From Scyliorhinus canicula (lineage: Eukaryota): a DNA stretch of 64,000 nucleotides. How positions within the stretch are numbered: the first letter of the stretch is position 1; every line of letters starts with the position of its first letter. The position numbers were made by a program, and so were the translations under genes. Location of the stretch: assembly GCF_902713615.1 (NCBI RefSeq), contig NC_052175.1:9775271-9839270 (forward strand), given 5' to 3'. The notes below the pieces were generated by a model. That model was not told the DNA's origin. It saw only the letters and a list, made by a program, of their open reading frames with translations, and ran no database searches. Positions 10,335-23,546 of the stretch are shown here, piece after piece.

Positions 10335-12655
10335 CTCGGGAAGGGGCCATACTGGACCTGGTATTGGGGAATGATCCCCGCCAGGTGTTTGAAGTTCAGT
10401 CGGTATTACTTTGGGACAAGCGATCACAATTCGGTATGTTTTAGAACACTCATGGAGAAAGACGAGTGTGGTCCGAAAGGAAGAGTGTTAAATTGGGGAA
10501 AGGCCAAGTATGTCAAAATTCGGCAGGCGCCAGGGAATGTAGATTGGGAATAATTTTTAAGGGTAAATCCGCATTTGAAATGTGCGACTCTTTTAAGAAA
10601 AGGTTCAATAGAGTGCAGGATAGCCATGTCCCTGTGAAAATGAGGGATATAAATGGCAAGTTTAGGGAACCATCGATGACGGGTGGAATTGTGAGACTAG
10701 CTCAGATAAAAAATGAAGCATACGTAAGATATAGGCGATTTAAAACTAATGAAGATTTGGAGGAATATCGGGACAGCAGAACAAATCTCAAAAGTGTAAT
10801 AAAGAGGGCTCATAGGGGTCAGGGAATATATTTGGCTAACAGGCTGAAGGAACATAGCAAAGTATTTTATTCGTCTATAAGGAGCAAGAGGGTAACTACA
10901 GAAAGGATTGGCCCATTCAAAGACAAAAGAGGAATTTTTTGCGTGGAGTCAGAGGAAATAGTTGAGATTCTTAATGAGTACTTTGCATCCGTTTTCATCA
11001 AGTGACATGACGGATGTTGAGGTTAGGGATGGATGTTTAAATATTCCAGGTCAAGTCGGCATAATGATTGCGGCAGTTTTGGGTATTCTAAAACGTATTA
11101 TGTTGGACAAGTCCCCAGGTCCGGATGGGATCTATCCCAGGTTACAGAGGGAAGCGAGGGATGAAATAGCTGGGACCTTAACAGATATCTTTTCACCATC
11201 CTTGAGCACGAGTGAGGTCCCGGAGGACTGGCGAATTGCTGATATTGTCCCTTTGTTTACGAAAGATAGCAGGGATTATCCAGGGAATTGTAGACCTGTG
11301 AGCTTGACGTCAGTGGTAGGCAAACTGTTGGAGAAGATGCTGAGGGGTAGGATCTATTCACATTTGGAAGACAATAGACTTATCAGTGATGGGCAGCATG
11401 GCTTTGTGCAGGGAAGGTCATGTATTTCAAACCTAATGAATTAGTGACAAAGCTAACTGACGAGGGAAGGGCTGTAGATGTCATATACATGGACTTCAGT
11501 TCGGCGTTTGATAAAGTTTCCCATGGCAGGTTGATGGAAAAAGTAAAGTTGTATGGGGTTCAGGGTGTACAAGCTAGATGGATAAAGAATTGGCTGGGCA
11601 ACAGGAGACAGAGCGTAGTGGTGGAAGGGAGTGTCTCAAAATGGAGAAGGGTGACTAATGGTGTTCCACAGGTGTCCGTGCTCGGACCACCGTTGTTTGT
11701 GATATACATAAATGATCTAGACGAAGATACAGGTGGTCTGGTTAGTAAGTTTGCAGATGATACTAAGATTGATGGAGTTGCAGATAGTGGGAGAGTCTGT
11801 CAGAGAATACAGCAAAATATAGATATATTGCAGAGTTGGGCAGAGGAATGGAATATGGAGTTCAATCCAGGCAAATGCGAGGTGATGCATTTTGGATGAT
11901 CCATTTCAAGAGCGGACTATACTATCAATGGAAGAGTCGTGGGGAGAATTGATGTACAGAGAGATCTGGGAGTTCAGGTCCATTGTCCCCGGAAGGCAGG
12001 CCGATAGAGTGGTCAAGAAGGCATACAGCACGCTTGCCTTCATCGGACGGGGAATTGAGTACAGGAGTCGGCAGGTCATGTTACAGTTGTATAGGACTTT
12101 TTTCGGCCACATTTGGAATACTGCATGCAGTTCTGGTCGCCACATTACCAGAAGGATGTGGATGCTTTAGAGAGCGTGCAGAGGAGGTTCACGAGGATGT
12201 TGCCTGGAATGCAGGGTGCTAGCTATGAAGAAAGTTTGAGTAGATTAGGATTCTTTTCGTTGGAAAGACGGATTGAATTGATTGAAGTCTACAAAATTAT
12301 GAGAGGTATGGACAGGGTGGACAGCAACAAGCTTTTTGCAAGAGTGGGGGTGTCAATTATAAAGGGCCACGCTTTCAAGGTGTGACGGGGAAAGTTTAAG
12401 GGAAATGTATGTGGAAAGTGTTTTGCGCAGAGGGTGGTGACTGCCTGGAACGCTTTGCCAGCGGAGGTGGTAGAGGCGGGCACGATAGCGTAATTTAAGA
12501 TGCATCTCGACAGATATATGAACGGGCCTGGAACAGAGGGAAGTAGATCCTTGGAAAACAGGCGACAGGTTTACATAAAGGATCTGCATCGGCGCAGGCT
12601 GGGAGGGTCGAAGGGCCTGTTCGCGTGCTGTAATTTTCTTCGTCTTTTGTTATTT
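10335..12655 (+). mobile_element. CR1 LINE, 5'-truncated (endonuclease end, RT, 3' UTR), disrupted
   Basis: KSPGPDGIYP, RPVSLTSVVGK, QHGFVQGRSC, FADDTK and terminal gaagggcctgtt...ctgta tail. Confidence 0.9.
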
Positions 12656-12819
12656 CTATTCTCACTGTTTTTATAACTGTTTCAGAAACCAGTTTATTCC
12701 CAAAGCCATTCCCATGGTATTGATGCTTTCATATTTCCCACGTTCCTTCATGATTTATTCTGAGGTAAATTAATAATTCAAATTGTCTTTTATTAACTGA
12801 GCAGGCGCAAAACGGCCAG

Positions 12820-13870
12820 AGAAAATTGCAACACGAAGCGGCCATTCGGCCACTCGAGCCTGCTCTGCTATTCAACAAGATCATAGCTGACCTGATTGTT
12901 GATCCGCCTGTCTGCCTCCCTAAAATCCTGGATTCCATTTTTACTTGAATCCGCTCTAATTCAGTCTTGACAATATTCAATGGCAAGCCCCCACTTCCCT
13001 GTGAGAATGGGAATTTCTAACTGAGTAAAGACATTCATCCTCGTCGCCCTCTTACTGCGGAAACTGTGTTCGCTGCTTCAACATTCCCTCTCCAGTGAAC
13101 GCATCTTTCCAATATTTACTGTGGTAATCGTTTGGGAATTCTATCTGTTTTAAGGACGAAAATACGTAGAAGGAGCAGGAATGGGCTATTCCTCCTCTCG
13201 ACTCCGCTCCACTGTTTAATCAGACCATGTCTGATCTGATAGTAACCTCAGTTCTGCTTAAGGCCTGCTCCCAATCACCTCTGGACTCCCTGCTTACAAA
13301 GATGATATCAATCTCTGCCTTAAAAGGTTTCAAAGATACTCCTTCAACCCCCTTTGAAAGGAAGGAAGTTATCAAGACTCACGACCCTCTCAGAGTAAAC
13401 AAAACATCCTCATTTAGCTTTCTAACGGCGGACCCATTATTTTTAAAAGTGACCACCCCCCCCCCCCCCAATTAAAGATTCTCCTCCAAGAGAAAAAACC
13501 TTCTCCACATGCACCTTTTCAAGACCCTTCTGGATCTGATAAGTTTCAATAAAGTCGCCTCTTTCTCTTTACACTGTCGTGGATATGGTACATATGACCA
13601 TTCCAGCTTTCCCTCATGGGACGCATTCCGGATATTATTCTGATACATTTCTCTGAATGACTTCCAATTTACATCCTTCCATAAATAAAGTGACCAATGT
13701 GGTCCAGAGTACTCCAAATGTTGTCTAGCTTGTACAACTGAAGTGTAACCGCCCTAATTTTTTATTGAATACTCTTCTCAGTAAAGTTAAACGTTCTGTT
13801 AGATTTCTCAATTACTTGCTGTGCCTGCACACTGTGATTCATGCGCTAGGACACCCCGATGTATCGCACC
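12820..13870 (-). mobile_element. Two older CR1 3' fragments
   Basis: ggccattcggccactcgagcctgctc and ggagcaggaatgggctatt tails with 3' ORF2 remnants. Confidence 0.6.
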
Positions 13871-13889
13871 TCAGAGATTTGGAATCTGT

Positions 13890-14950
13890 CATCGTCTTGC
13901 TGATGACCGCAGGTCACTGATAGGGGCAACACAGGTGGATAAGATAGTTAAGAAGGCATACATAGAACATAGAACATAGAACAGTACAGCACAGAACAGG
14001 CCCTTCGGCCTTCGATGTTGTGCCGAGCAATGATCACCCCACTCAACCCCACGTATCCACCCTATACCCGTAACCGAACAACCACCCTCCTTCACCTTAC
14101 TTTTAAGGACACTACGGGCAATTTAGCATGGCCAATCCACCTAACCCGCACATCTTTGGACTGTGGGAGGAAACCGGAGCACCCGGAGGAAACCCACGCA
14201 CACATGGGGAGGACGTGCAGACTCCGCACAGACAGTGACCCAGCCGGGAACCGAACCTGGGACCCTGGAGCTGTGAAGCATTTATGCTAACCACCATGCT
14301 ACCGTGCTGCCCACGGCATGCTTGCCTTCATTGGCCGGAGCATTGAGTATAAAAAATGGCAACTTATGTTGCAGCAGTAATGAACCTTAGTTGTGCCACA
14401 CTTGGAGGATAGTATTCAATTCTGGTCGCCACACTACCAGAAGGATGGAGGCTTTAAAGAGGGTGCAGAAGAGATTTACCAGGATGTTGCCTGGTATGGA
14501 GGGCATTAGCTATGAGGAGAGTTGAATGAACTCGGTTTGTTCTCACTGGAACGACGGAGGTTGAGGGGCGACCTGATAGCCGTGTACAAAACTATGAGGG
14601 GCATAGATAGAGTGGATAGTCAGAGGCTTTTTGCCAGTCTGGAGGGTTCAATTACTAGGGGTCATATGTTTGTGGTGCGAGTGGCAAGGTTTATAGGAGA
14701 TATACGAGACACGAATTTTACACAGAGGATAGAGGGTGCTTGGAACTCGCTGCCGGAGCATGTGGTGGAAGCAGGGACGATCGTGACGTTAAAGAGGCAT
14801 CTTGACTAACACATGAATAGGATGGGAACAGAGCGATACGTAGCCCAGAGGTGCAGAAGATTTTAGTTTAGACGTGCAGCATGGTCGGCATAGGCTTGGA
14901 GGGCCGAAGGGCCTATTCCTGTGCTGTACTTTACTTCGTTCTAAGTTCTT
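13890..14950 (+). mobile_element. CR1 LINE 3' fragment interrupted by a SINE at 13961-14312
   Basis: aagaaggcata|SINE|acggcatgcttgcc rejoins as CR1 sequence; LFSLERRRLRGDL motif and tail are present. Confidence 0.85.
13961..14312 (-). mobile_element. HE1-type V-SINE, full length, young
   Basis: A box and B box (GGTTCGGTTCC), (TTCTATG)n tail. Confidence 0.9.
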
Positions 14951-14959
14951 TGTTCTTTT

Positions 14960-16120
14960 TCCAACAGATGCTTTCCCATGGGCAAGGGGACATAGTTGCA
15001 AAAACAGACTTCTGGGGCTTACTGCGCGGGTACTTGGGTAGATCTAGATTTGATGATTGTCTTGATAGCAACCCACTTTTAGCTCCTGTGCCTGCTTTGG
15101 TTCTGAAGCAACTTGGCATACCCTTACCATGTCACACAGGATCACCGAGTAATAGGCAGAGGTTCTTCTCCCTCCTGCATGCTCTTACACCCGGACCCCT
15201 GTGGCAAATCCCCCTGCTTTATTCATATAAATATAAAGGGCTTGAGAAATTAGGAAGCCCCAAGTCACGGGCGCTAATCATCGCTGTTTCAAGTTACAAA
15301 ATGCTTGAGGTCACTCTGCCCTCCTGTTTGCCATAAAATTTTATCAGCCAATTTCGTCCGTCCATTTCAGTATTAATCTCATGTCTTTCTTTGTTCCTTT
15401 GTCCTCTTTGATCAGTTCTCCTATAGGCTTTGCCTGAGCGGGATGTCTTACGGCCAATGTTAAATGGGGTTCTGAAATTAAACCCATCCTAAAAAGGTCC
15501 CTCTGACTATGGGCCAACTGTACTAACATTGCTAACCCCACAATACTGAAAAAGAAAAAGGAGTGATATGCAATGAGGTCTGCTGTCCGAAGTTACTTTG
15601 CCTTTTTAAATTGTACGTGTGCTCATCCTCACGAGCATACCAACCCTGCAATGGGTCACGATATTCTCTCGGCTGGACTCTGTCAGGTGTTTTAATAGCT
15701 GTGCCTCAGGGTCATTAATCTTTTGTAAGACTTCCCGCAGTTCTTCTTTTAACAGTGGTAGTGTAAGGGTTAACGTTCAACGGCCAGCATACAACACAGA
15801 CACAGAGCGATCGGGCGCAGCCTCAGGAGTTGTTAAATTTTGCAGCTGGTGAGCCCGTTTTTGAGACAGTTCTATAAACATTCCATTATCAATTAAAAGT
15901 ATTCCCGCTCCTAATTTGCAGAGTGTCTGTCTGCCTAATAGGGGAAGGTGTCGCGAGGTGGGGTACATCATTCCTGTGGGATACATGTTTATTGGCCCCT
16001 TGCATGAGAGCCTATATTTCCCTATATTTTCTAACCAGTGTTCATTCAAGTGATTATCCTTATTCGGAACCCAGCCCCCATTTATGCCGGGTGGGACTAT
16101 AATCCCATCTTTCAAAGCTG
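14960..16120 (-). mobile_element. Class I (gamma/epsilon-like) ERV pol relic: protease C-terminus, 2H-phosphodiesterase-like module, RT thumb/connection
   Basis: LPLLGRQTLCKLGAGI; THC(R)V..YARE and EPHLTLA; LKWTDE..AFCNLKQ/MISARDLGLPNF; GFATGV..GRRTSAYYS..RGMPSC. There are several frameshifts, and the RT core (YxDD) is absent. Confidence 0.7.
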
Positions 16121-17214
16121 GCCAAGATGCACCATAAGCATAATTTCAAGGCAGCAAACCATCCCCTGGGAGGGGTCATAAATACCACACATGTAACTCA
16201 ATTACCAATGATTGATTCGATACGCGCATTAGCTATTCTTGGAGATGTATATTTTTCTTTGTCAATTCAGAAAAGGTCAACTATCTGCTGAAATGGTTAA
16301 TGTTTCCTGCAGAACCTAAGGGGGCACAGAACTTGAAATGATGCCATTTGCATCTCTTCACTTGATCTAAAAGCTTATTCATGTTCAATTACTTTGATTC
16401 GTAAAGGCATTTTCCTTCTTTTAAACTGATTTTAATTTCCACTGTTTCAGTGAATTAGAGAAATCTCAACACAAATCACTGAAGTTATAATCTCGGACTC
16501 ACAATATCAGAAGATAAAAAATACAACCCACTTAGCACTTCATGCTTTGAATAAAATTAATTGGTTAAACAAAACACACACTCTCAGATCAAAAATATCA
16601 CAGTTAACCATTTGCCTTATCTCACGGCGATAGAAAATCTGAATTCCCTTTTCGAAAGGAACCCAACTGTTCCGCTTTTCCCTTAATCTTCTATTTACTT
16701 TTACTCCCCTGTTTTTTTTCGAGGGGGGGTCAGCTTCATCAGATTGCTATAGGGTCATATAGGTTTTCCAACCACTTTCCGTTGCTTCACGATTGTTTCT
16801 TTTCATTATCTTACTCATTTTGATTCCCTTATCTGTCTTCTTTCAGGAGTTCACCTTCTTTCTCGCTCCTGATGCCCTTATCGATGCTTCGGGACGACCT
16901 GTGAGGGGGAGTCGAGTTTATTGATCATCGCTCCTTCTGCAAAATACTTTAGATCATATAGATAACAATAGCAACAACCGCAGAAATCATTTACAAATAC
17001 TACCGGGGGCGCACACCGGTGTTTATCCTTTCACGAACTTTGAAGTCTCTTTTTTTCAATGTTTGTCTCTGAGGGACCTTTTTTCTTCCCATGCAGCTAT
17101 CGTTAATTTATAAATTAAGATTATTCACCCGAGCATGAGTTACCGGACAGTAATTAAGGCTGCCGAGCAGCAGATCCCCCTTTCAGCTGGGGTCCCGTTA
17201 TGGCTCTCTCCCTT

Positions 17215-17690
17215 TCAGCTGAGACGAAGCCAATTTGTCGTAGAAATTATAATACAGACAAATTCCTGGAGGTTCGAATTAAGAAAATGTACTTACACAA
17301 ATATATTTGCGGAGAGAGAATGTTCTGGCTTTTTTGCAAGTGCACGGCAATCTGAGATTCGATTGAAGGAATCATATCTTTATAGTCTGAAATAACAGCT
17401 TGAAGTAAAAAGCCATGTTTATATTACATTGACATGGAAAGTATGTGCGATGAAATACGTGGTACGTATGTTCTTGCCCTTGGCTAAAACCAACTCGAGT
17501 ATACATTTTGTTATCTTTCGGAGGACAATGTGTTATCATAATAATGCCGAGTCGAATATAGTAAGCAGTACTTTGTTTATGTTACCTGACCTAGTTACTT
17601 TCGTTCTAAAAGCTGTGTTAAACTATATAGTCAAGCATTTCCCAGCATGCATCTAAGTTGACAACTCATTAATTTCCCTTCTGCAGCATC
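17215..17690 (-). mobile_element. Candidate ERV 5' LTR (about 17236-17690) plus primer-binding-site position
   Basis: Minus strand reads ...ACA-aat-TGGCTTCGTC (LTR end then TGG at 17232). CTATAAA lies about 145 nt upstream, in the same orientation as the pol relic. The tRNA match was not identified. Confidence 0.4.
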
Positions 17691-17970
17691 ATATGCACAT
17701 ATGTTCTCATACAGAGGCGCATAATAACGCACACGCAGATGAACATTCACAAACACATGCACACTCATTCTCTCTCTCACACAAACAGACTCACTATAAA
17801 ACACACACTACCATTCACTCACATTCACAGATACACATTAACACTCATTCTTGCAGATGCACATTCATGAAATCACAACTGACCCACACACAAGAATAAA
17901 CACAATCGCACTCATCGACTCACACACAAACGCACAGTCAAAAGCACAGACGCATATACTGACACACACT
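17690..17970. repeat. Degenerate (CA)n-rich tract
   Basis: cacacacaaac/cattcac repeats. Confidence 0.7.
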
Positions 17971-17974
17971 GGAA

Positions 17975-18530
17975 AGCTGAATTATATTATATTGCGATGC
18001 ACAACTGCACTGCACTGGGATTCTGGAGTGCATGGTGCCCAGATATATGAGTGTATTGCACTGGATTTAGGAATGAATGTTACTGAGACATAGCAGTGCA
18101 CTGTACTTGTGTGCATGATTGCGCTACAGTAGGATGCAACATTGTCCAGCTGTGAGCAGGCGATTTGCTTTACTGAGGTACTGGAGTATGCTATATTTTG
18201 ATGCGGGACTGTAGTATTATGGGATGTTAGAGTGTGCGACTGGGATGCAGGACTTCACGATGTGAGGATGCAGGAGTGTGCTGGACTGCGGGCAATGTTT
18301 CATGATGCTGGTTTGCAAGATTGCCCGGTACTAGTTTGCAGGTATATACCATGGAGGGATGCAAGAATGTGCTGTACTGGGATGCATGAATGAGCTGTAT
18401 TGGGTAGCAGTGTTTCATCCTATTGGGAAGCAGTACTGTTTTGTACTTAGATACAGGAATAATTTTCTGTACTCATTTTTCAGTGCTTGTTCAACATTGC
18501 AGTGTGCAGACCTTACCATGCAGAGCCAAG
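17975..18530. repeat. Degenerate 22-23 bp tandem repeat (GAGTGTGCTGTACTGGGATGCAG-like)
   Basis: Recurring tgtgctgtactgggatgca variants. Confidence 0.6.
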
Positions 18531-18659
18531 TGCCTTTTAAATTATTTGAATATTCCAGCCACAATCATCAAGTTCGACAGTGCATTCCAGACACCCATCG
18601 CCCTCTGGGTGAAACGAGCATTCCATGAAGTCCTCTCAGATCCTTTTTTTCAGTCTCAT

Positions 18660-19080
18660 TTCACGATTGCCGCTATCAGATCCACAGCTTAAAGAAACAC
18701 ATCTTCCCTGTCCAACCTGTCCAGGCCCCTCATAATTTTGTAAATATCCATAAGGTCTGCCCTTAGCCACCTGTGTTCTAAAGATAACAATCCGAGACAA
18801 TCTCTTCTCATTGCCTCATCATCTAAGCCCTGACAACGTGTTTGTAAATCTCTTCTTCACTCCGTCCTTGGCATTTTGGTCCTCCCTGTAATGTGGTGAT
18901 CTGAATTATAAAAAGTCTCCGGTTCTGGTCTAATAGCGTATAGACCGTTCCAACAATACATCCTGCTTCTGTATTCATTATCTATCACAATAAAGAAACA
19001 CATTCCAGATGTTTTCTTGACCACCTTGTCGACCTGTTCTGCCACCTTTTTGGGCCAGTGGGCACGCACTTCGGGTCGCC
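18660..19080 (-). mobile_element. Degraded CR1 3' fragment
   Basis: VDKVVKKTSGM remnant; ctgtccaacctgtc..ccctcataatttt motif. Confidence 0.6.
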
Positions 19081-19104
19081 CACTTCCTCAACTACGTTGT
19101 GAGC

Positions 19105-19400
19105 ACAGTAGCACGGTGCTTAGCACTGTCGCTTCAGAGCTACAGGGTCCCACGTTCTATTCACGGCTTGGGACACTGTGCGGAGTCTGCACGTTCTCCC
19201 CGTGCCTGCTTGAGTTTCGTCCGGTTGCTCCGGTTTCTTCCCACAAGTCCATGTGCTGGTTAATTGCTCTCAGTGTCCAAAGACATTTAGAGGGGTTACT
19301 GTGTTACGAGGATAGGGTAGAGGTGTGATCTTGGGCAGGGTAATCTTGCAATGGGCCGATGCAGACTCAATGGGCCGAGTGGCCTCCTTCTGCTCAGTAA
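19105..19400 (+). mobile_element. HE1-type SINE
   Basis: agcacggtgcttagcactg head; ggagtctgcacgttctcccc core. Confidence 0.75.
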
Positions 19401-19639
19401 TTTCTACTATGATGATGATCTGTCAACGGCCAAAATCTGTGTCAGCTTCAAATGTAACAATTATTCCACCCACATTTATACCTAAATCATTAATATTTGC
19501 AACAAACAACATGGCCTCAACACTGACGCCCATGGAGATCACTGAAATATATTTTTCATGTGCAATATATTCCTTGCCCTTTGCTTCCTGTCACTCAGCC
19601 AGATTTGGATCCAACCTGCCTTTTTCCCCTGTATCCCAT

Positions 19640-22030
19640 GATATGTTACTTTTCTAACATTCTGCCACGAGGGACCTTGTGAAATACATTACTGAAATAC
19701 ACGTAGACAATATCCACTGCAATACCGTCACCGATCTTCGTCTCTTACTTTTTCATAAAAATCTATGGAGTTAGTAAGTCACGATCTTCTCCAAATAAGA
19801 CCATACTGCCCAGCCATGATAAATCCGTGTCTTTCTACGTGACAGTTTGACTCTCAAAATTGTTTCCAATAATCTTCCCACTACTGGAGTCTGCCTGTCT
19901 GGCATATAGCATTCAGGCCTATCCCTTGCACCATCCTAAAATAACGGTTAAACCTTTTTCCGTCGCCAACCTCCTGATACCTCACCTGTATAGAAGGAGC
20001 ATTGGAAAATAAACCTAAAAGCGGCGGCCCATTTCCTTCCTGGCTTCCTTGAACAGCCTGAAGGCAACCATATGACCCTGGTAAATTCTCCACCTTCCAG
20101 TATCAGTGCATCCTCTATATTATGGTTACCATAATGGTTCCACCTGCCCCTTCCCCCATTTGCCCAACTTCATTTCCGTGTGTTAAATCTAGATGTGCAC
20201 ACCTCTCATTGGGGTTATTGCGTGCTGGCGATAAACATTATCTTCAATATAGTTGAAGTGTCTTTCGCACTATTTGTATCCGAATTGATATTTGGGTAGT
20301 TGAGGTCCCGAGAGATAACCCTTTTTTTTTTTACACTCAGAAATCTGAATATATTTGCCCTTCTAACTCATTTCTGCTAATTGGTGGATTATCATAGTTA
20401 TAAGCAGTGAGAATTCCAGGTTAGAAATTTCTGATCTTAACGGATATGACCTGATTTGACGTTACATTTAGTATATCATCCATCCTGTCATTGATTCTTT
20501 ATCCTATAATGATGCCCACTCCCTATCATGCTTGAAAACTCAGTATCAACTCTTGCGATAATGAAGGATAGTGACATTTAAGGGGCATCTTGACCAATAC
20601 ATGAGTAGGATGGATTAGAGGTATACGGACTAAGGACGTGTTTAAGATTTTAGATTAGAAGGGCAGGGTTGTCGGCACAGGCTTGGAGGTCCGAAGGGCC
20701 TGTTGCTGTGCTGTACGTTTCTTTGTTCTTTGTTCTAAATGCCATGGTTTCCCCTACTCAAGCCAAGTCTCTGTTGTGGCAATTATATCATTCCACCATG
20801 TGTCTATTAGTGACCTAAGCTTATCAGTTTTATTGGCTATGATACTTGAATTTACATATATCTATCTATATATATATATATATATAGGCACTGCCAAAAA
20901 TCTGTGTGCTGTCTGTTTTTCGGCGTCACTCACTGATTCCCAATATTTTGATCCCAACTCTTAACTTACATTCAGATTCCCAACTACTCAATTAATCTAT
21001 ATTAATACCTCCACTCTCCACGTCCCCAACAACGCTAACATATATTCTTCCCATTCCTTTTCAGCTGTAGATGTTTAGACTAGCACAGCTCTGATTCCCA
21101 GAACTTGTTAAAATGCATCAAAAAGCTGATGTCCTCCCACTTATGGCGCATATACGACCATGGGATTACTCCCTCATTTTCTTGTTTGCATAATCATCAG
21201 CATGTTGGACAGTGAGTAATCCTAGGATTTCTGCTTTTGCGATCATTACTTCCAAGCTTCATTTTAGTTCCCTAAAGTCTGCTTTCAGGAACTTGCAATC
21301 TTCCCTATCTGATCCATTGGGACCGACGTGGATGGCAACCTCTATCTGATTGCACTGCTCCAGAAGAATGTGCTGAAGTTGTTCCGTGACATCCTTGGCC
21401 CTAGCACCAGACAGGCAACATAGCATCCTGGAGTCAAGTATATGGTCAGACATAAACACCTCATTGAACGAATCCATTTTTACTGCTGTTCATATCCCCT
21501 ACTTTCCCCTCTCCCGTACAGCAGAATTGTCTGTGGTGCCACAGACGTGTCTCTGACCAAATTCTTCTGAGGAATTAACACTCTCTCTTGTATGCAAAAC
21601 GGAACTCTGATCAATCAACGGGACATCAGGAGACTCTCCACAACATGTGTGGTTTTCTTGGACTGCCCACCGACCGTCAATGCCATTTCTGCTGAAAGCT
21701 CCGAGGTTGCTTTGAGATGGCGTGATTGACCATGCCCTCCACATAGTTACCGGCCTCGTGGATGTGTCACAGTGACTACAGCCACCGCCTGAGCTCCAAA
21801 GTTCAGAGCTCAGGATTTTGCAGCTGGTGACACTTTCTGCACACGTGCTGGCCTTGACAGAACGAGGATCCAATACTTCCAACATACATCAGGAAGGACA
21901 AACCATCAGACTGAGTTGTCTTGCCGTGGCTTCAATTTTCTTCTCTCACATTAACCGTCTTTTACTTTGCTTAACGTATGTAGCATTATTCCACATGACC
22001 TCGAATTTATTTCGCTATTCCTTGAGTTTC
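19640..22030 (-). mobile_element. Old, degraded CR1 (ORF1 zinc-finger/esterase, endonuclease and RT remnants)
   Basis: CCLSGARAKDV and IHVGPN esterase remnants, CAESVTSCKI, and degraded EN/RT sequence. A short + strand CR1 tail is inserted at about 20560-20735. Confidence 0.65.
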
Positions 22031-22354
22031 TCACTGTAAGTAGTCCATTCTTTTAAAAATAACGTGTTTTTCTATTTCTCCGCTCCTTGATAACCACTGT
22101 TTTCCATCGGTTTGTTAAATATACATTTCTAACTAATGGACAATTAAGCGCTGCCAAGCCACCTTCACAGCACATCTTTCTGTTGTGTGGGCGATCCACG
22201 CAGACATGGGGGAGGGGGGAGGCGGGGTGGCGCGGGCCGAATTTCCAAACTCCACATGGACAGTGACCCGGGCTTCAAGTCGAACCCGGGACCTCTGTAC
22301 CGTGAGGCATCAGTGCTAACCATTGCGCCGTCCTACATATCATTGGTAAAATGA

Positions 22355-22800
22355 GTGTGCTGCAAATATGCAGGAGCGTGCTGTCGTTGGATTAAACAGT
22401 TGTTGCACTGAGCTGCAGAGTATGCTCTAATGTGATGAAGGAATGAACATTCCTGAGTTGAAGGAATGTGCTTTCCTGTGATGCAGGGATTTGTGTTATT
22501 GAGATTCAAGAGTGTGTTGTACTGTGATGAAGGAGTTCACAGTTCTGAGTGAAGGAGTGTGTTGTACTGGAATACAAGTGTTTCGGTCATTGAGATTCAG
22601 GAGTGCGCTGTACTGGAATACAAGAATGTGCTGCTCTCGGATGCAGTTGTGTCTGGCATGGAGATACAGCTGTCTGCTGTTATGGGAAGCATTAGTGCAT
22701 TGCACAGTGAGGCAGAAGTGCCCCATACTGGTTCGTGGGAATGTGAGGGTGTCTGGGGAGTGTAAAACGCCAGAGTTTAAAAAATGCAGTAACATTCCTG
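22355..22800. repeat. Second block of the same 22-23 bp degenerate repeat
   Basis: gagtgtgttgtactg..atgaag and gagtgcgctgtactggaatacaag variants. Confidence 0.6.
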
Positions 22801-23546
22801 TCTTTTCTGGCTGAAAAACATAGTTGTGCTTTGTTAGATGTTTCGTCTAATGATGAACCATGTTCTCATTGCCCAGCGAATAATTTAACTCATCTGCCTT
22901 ATTGTATGACAGGGAAAGGAACAAGGTCACTGGGTATTAGGCAGAATGTTTTGCTGTAATCAATACACAGTCAGCGTGCAAACGGAATAATAGATTAAAA
23001 CAGAGGCTGGAGTGGGCAGGATGCATGGTAACACAATACAGAAAATTGATATTTTTCTCGAAAGTTCCCAGTGACGGTGTGGAAGTCAATAACTTTTGAA
23101 GTTTTCATTTCTGCTTCCTGCCATTGTTTCCTTCCCGGTTGCTGTCTTGACTTTCAAAACACTTTGATTTAATAAAACAATGATCAAAGAAACTGGCCAA
23201 ACCTTCGGAAACAAATACCCCTCACTGACTGCAATTTGAATTAGTAGAGATAAGAAAATCATAATAAGTTTTCATTCCGAAAGTAATCTCACATTAAATG
23301 CTCAGAGTTAGTTTGTAAACCCCATGCATCGAAAATGTATACCTGGCAAGGTCAATATTATTGCATATCTCTAATTGCCATAAGGTGCTGGTGAGCCACC
23401 TACTTGAAGTATTGTACTCCATCTGGGTGCACCCATGTTAGGGAGTGCTTTTCAGAATTTTACATGGTAGCAGTGAACAAATGACAATATAATTCCATGT
23501 CGGAAAGGTAGTTGTACACAAATAAACAAAACTGGGATTGCATTCT

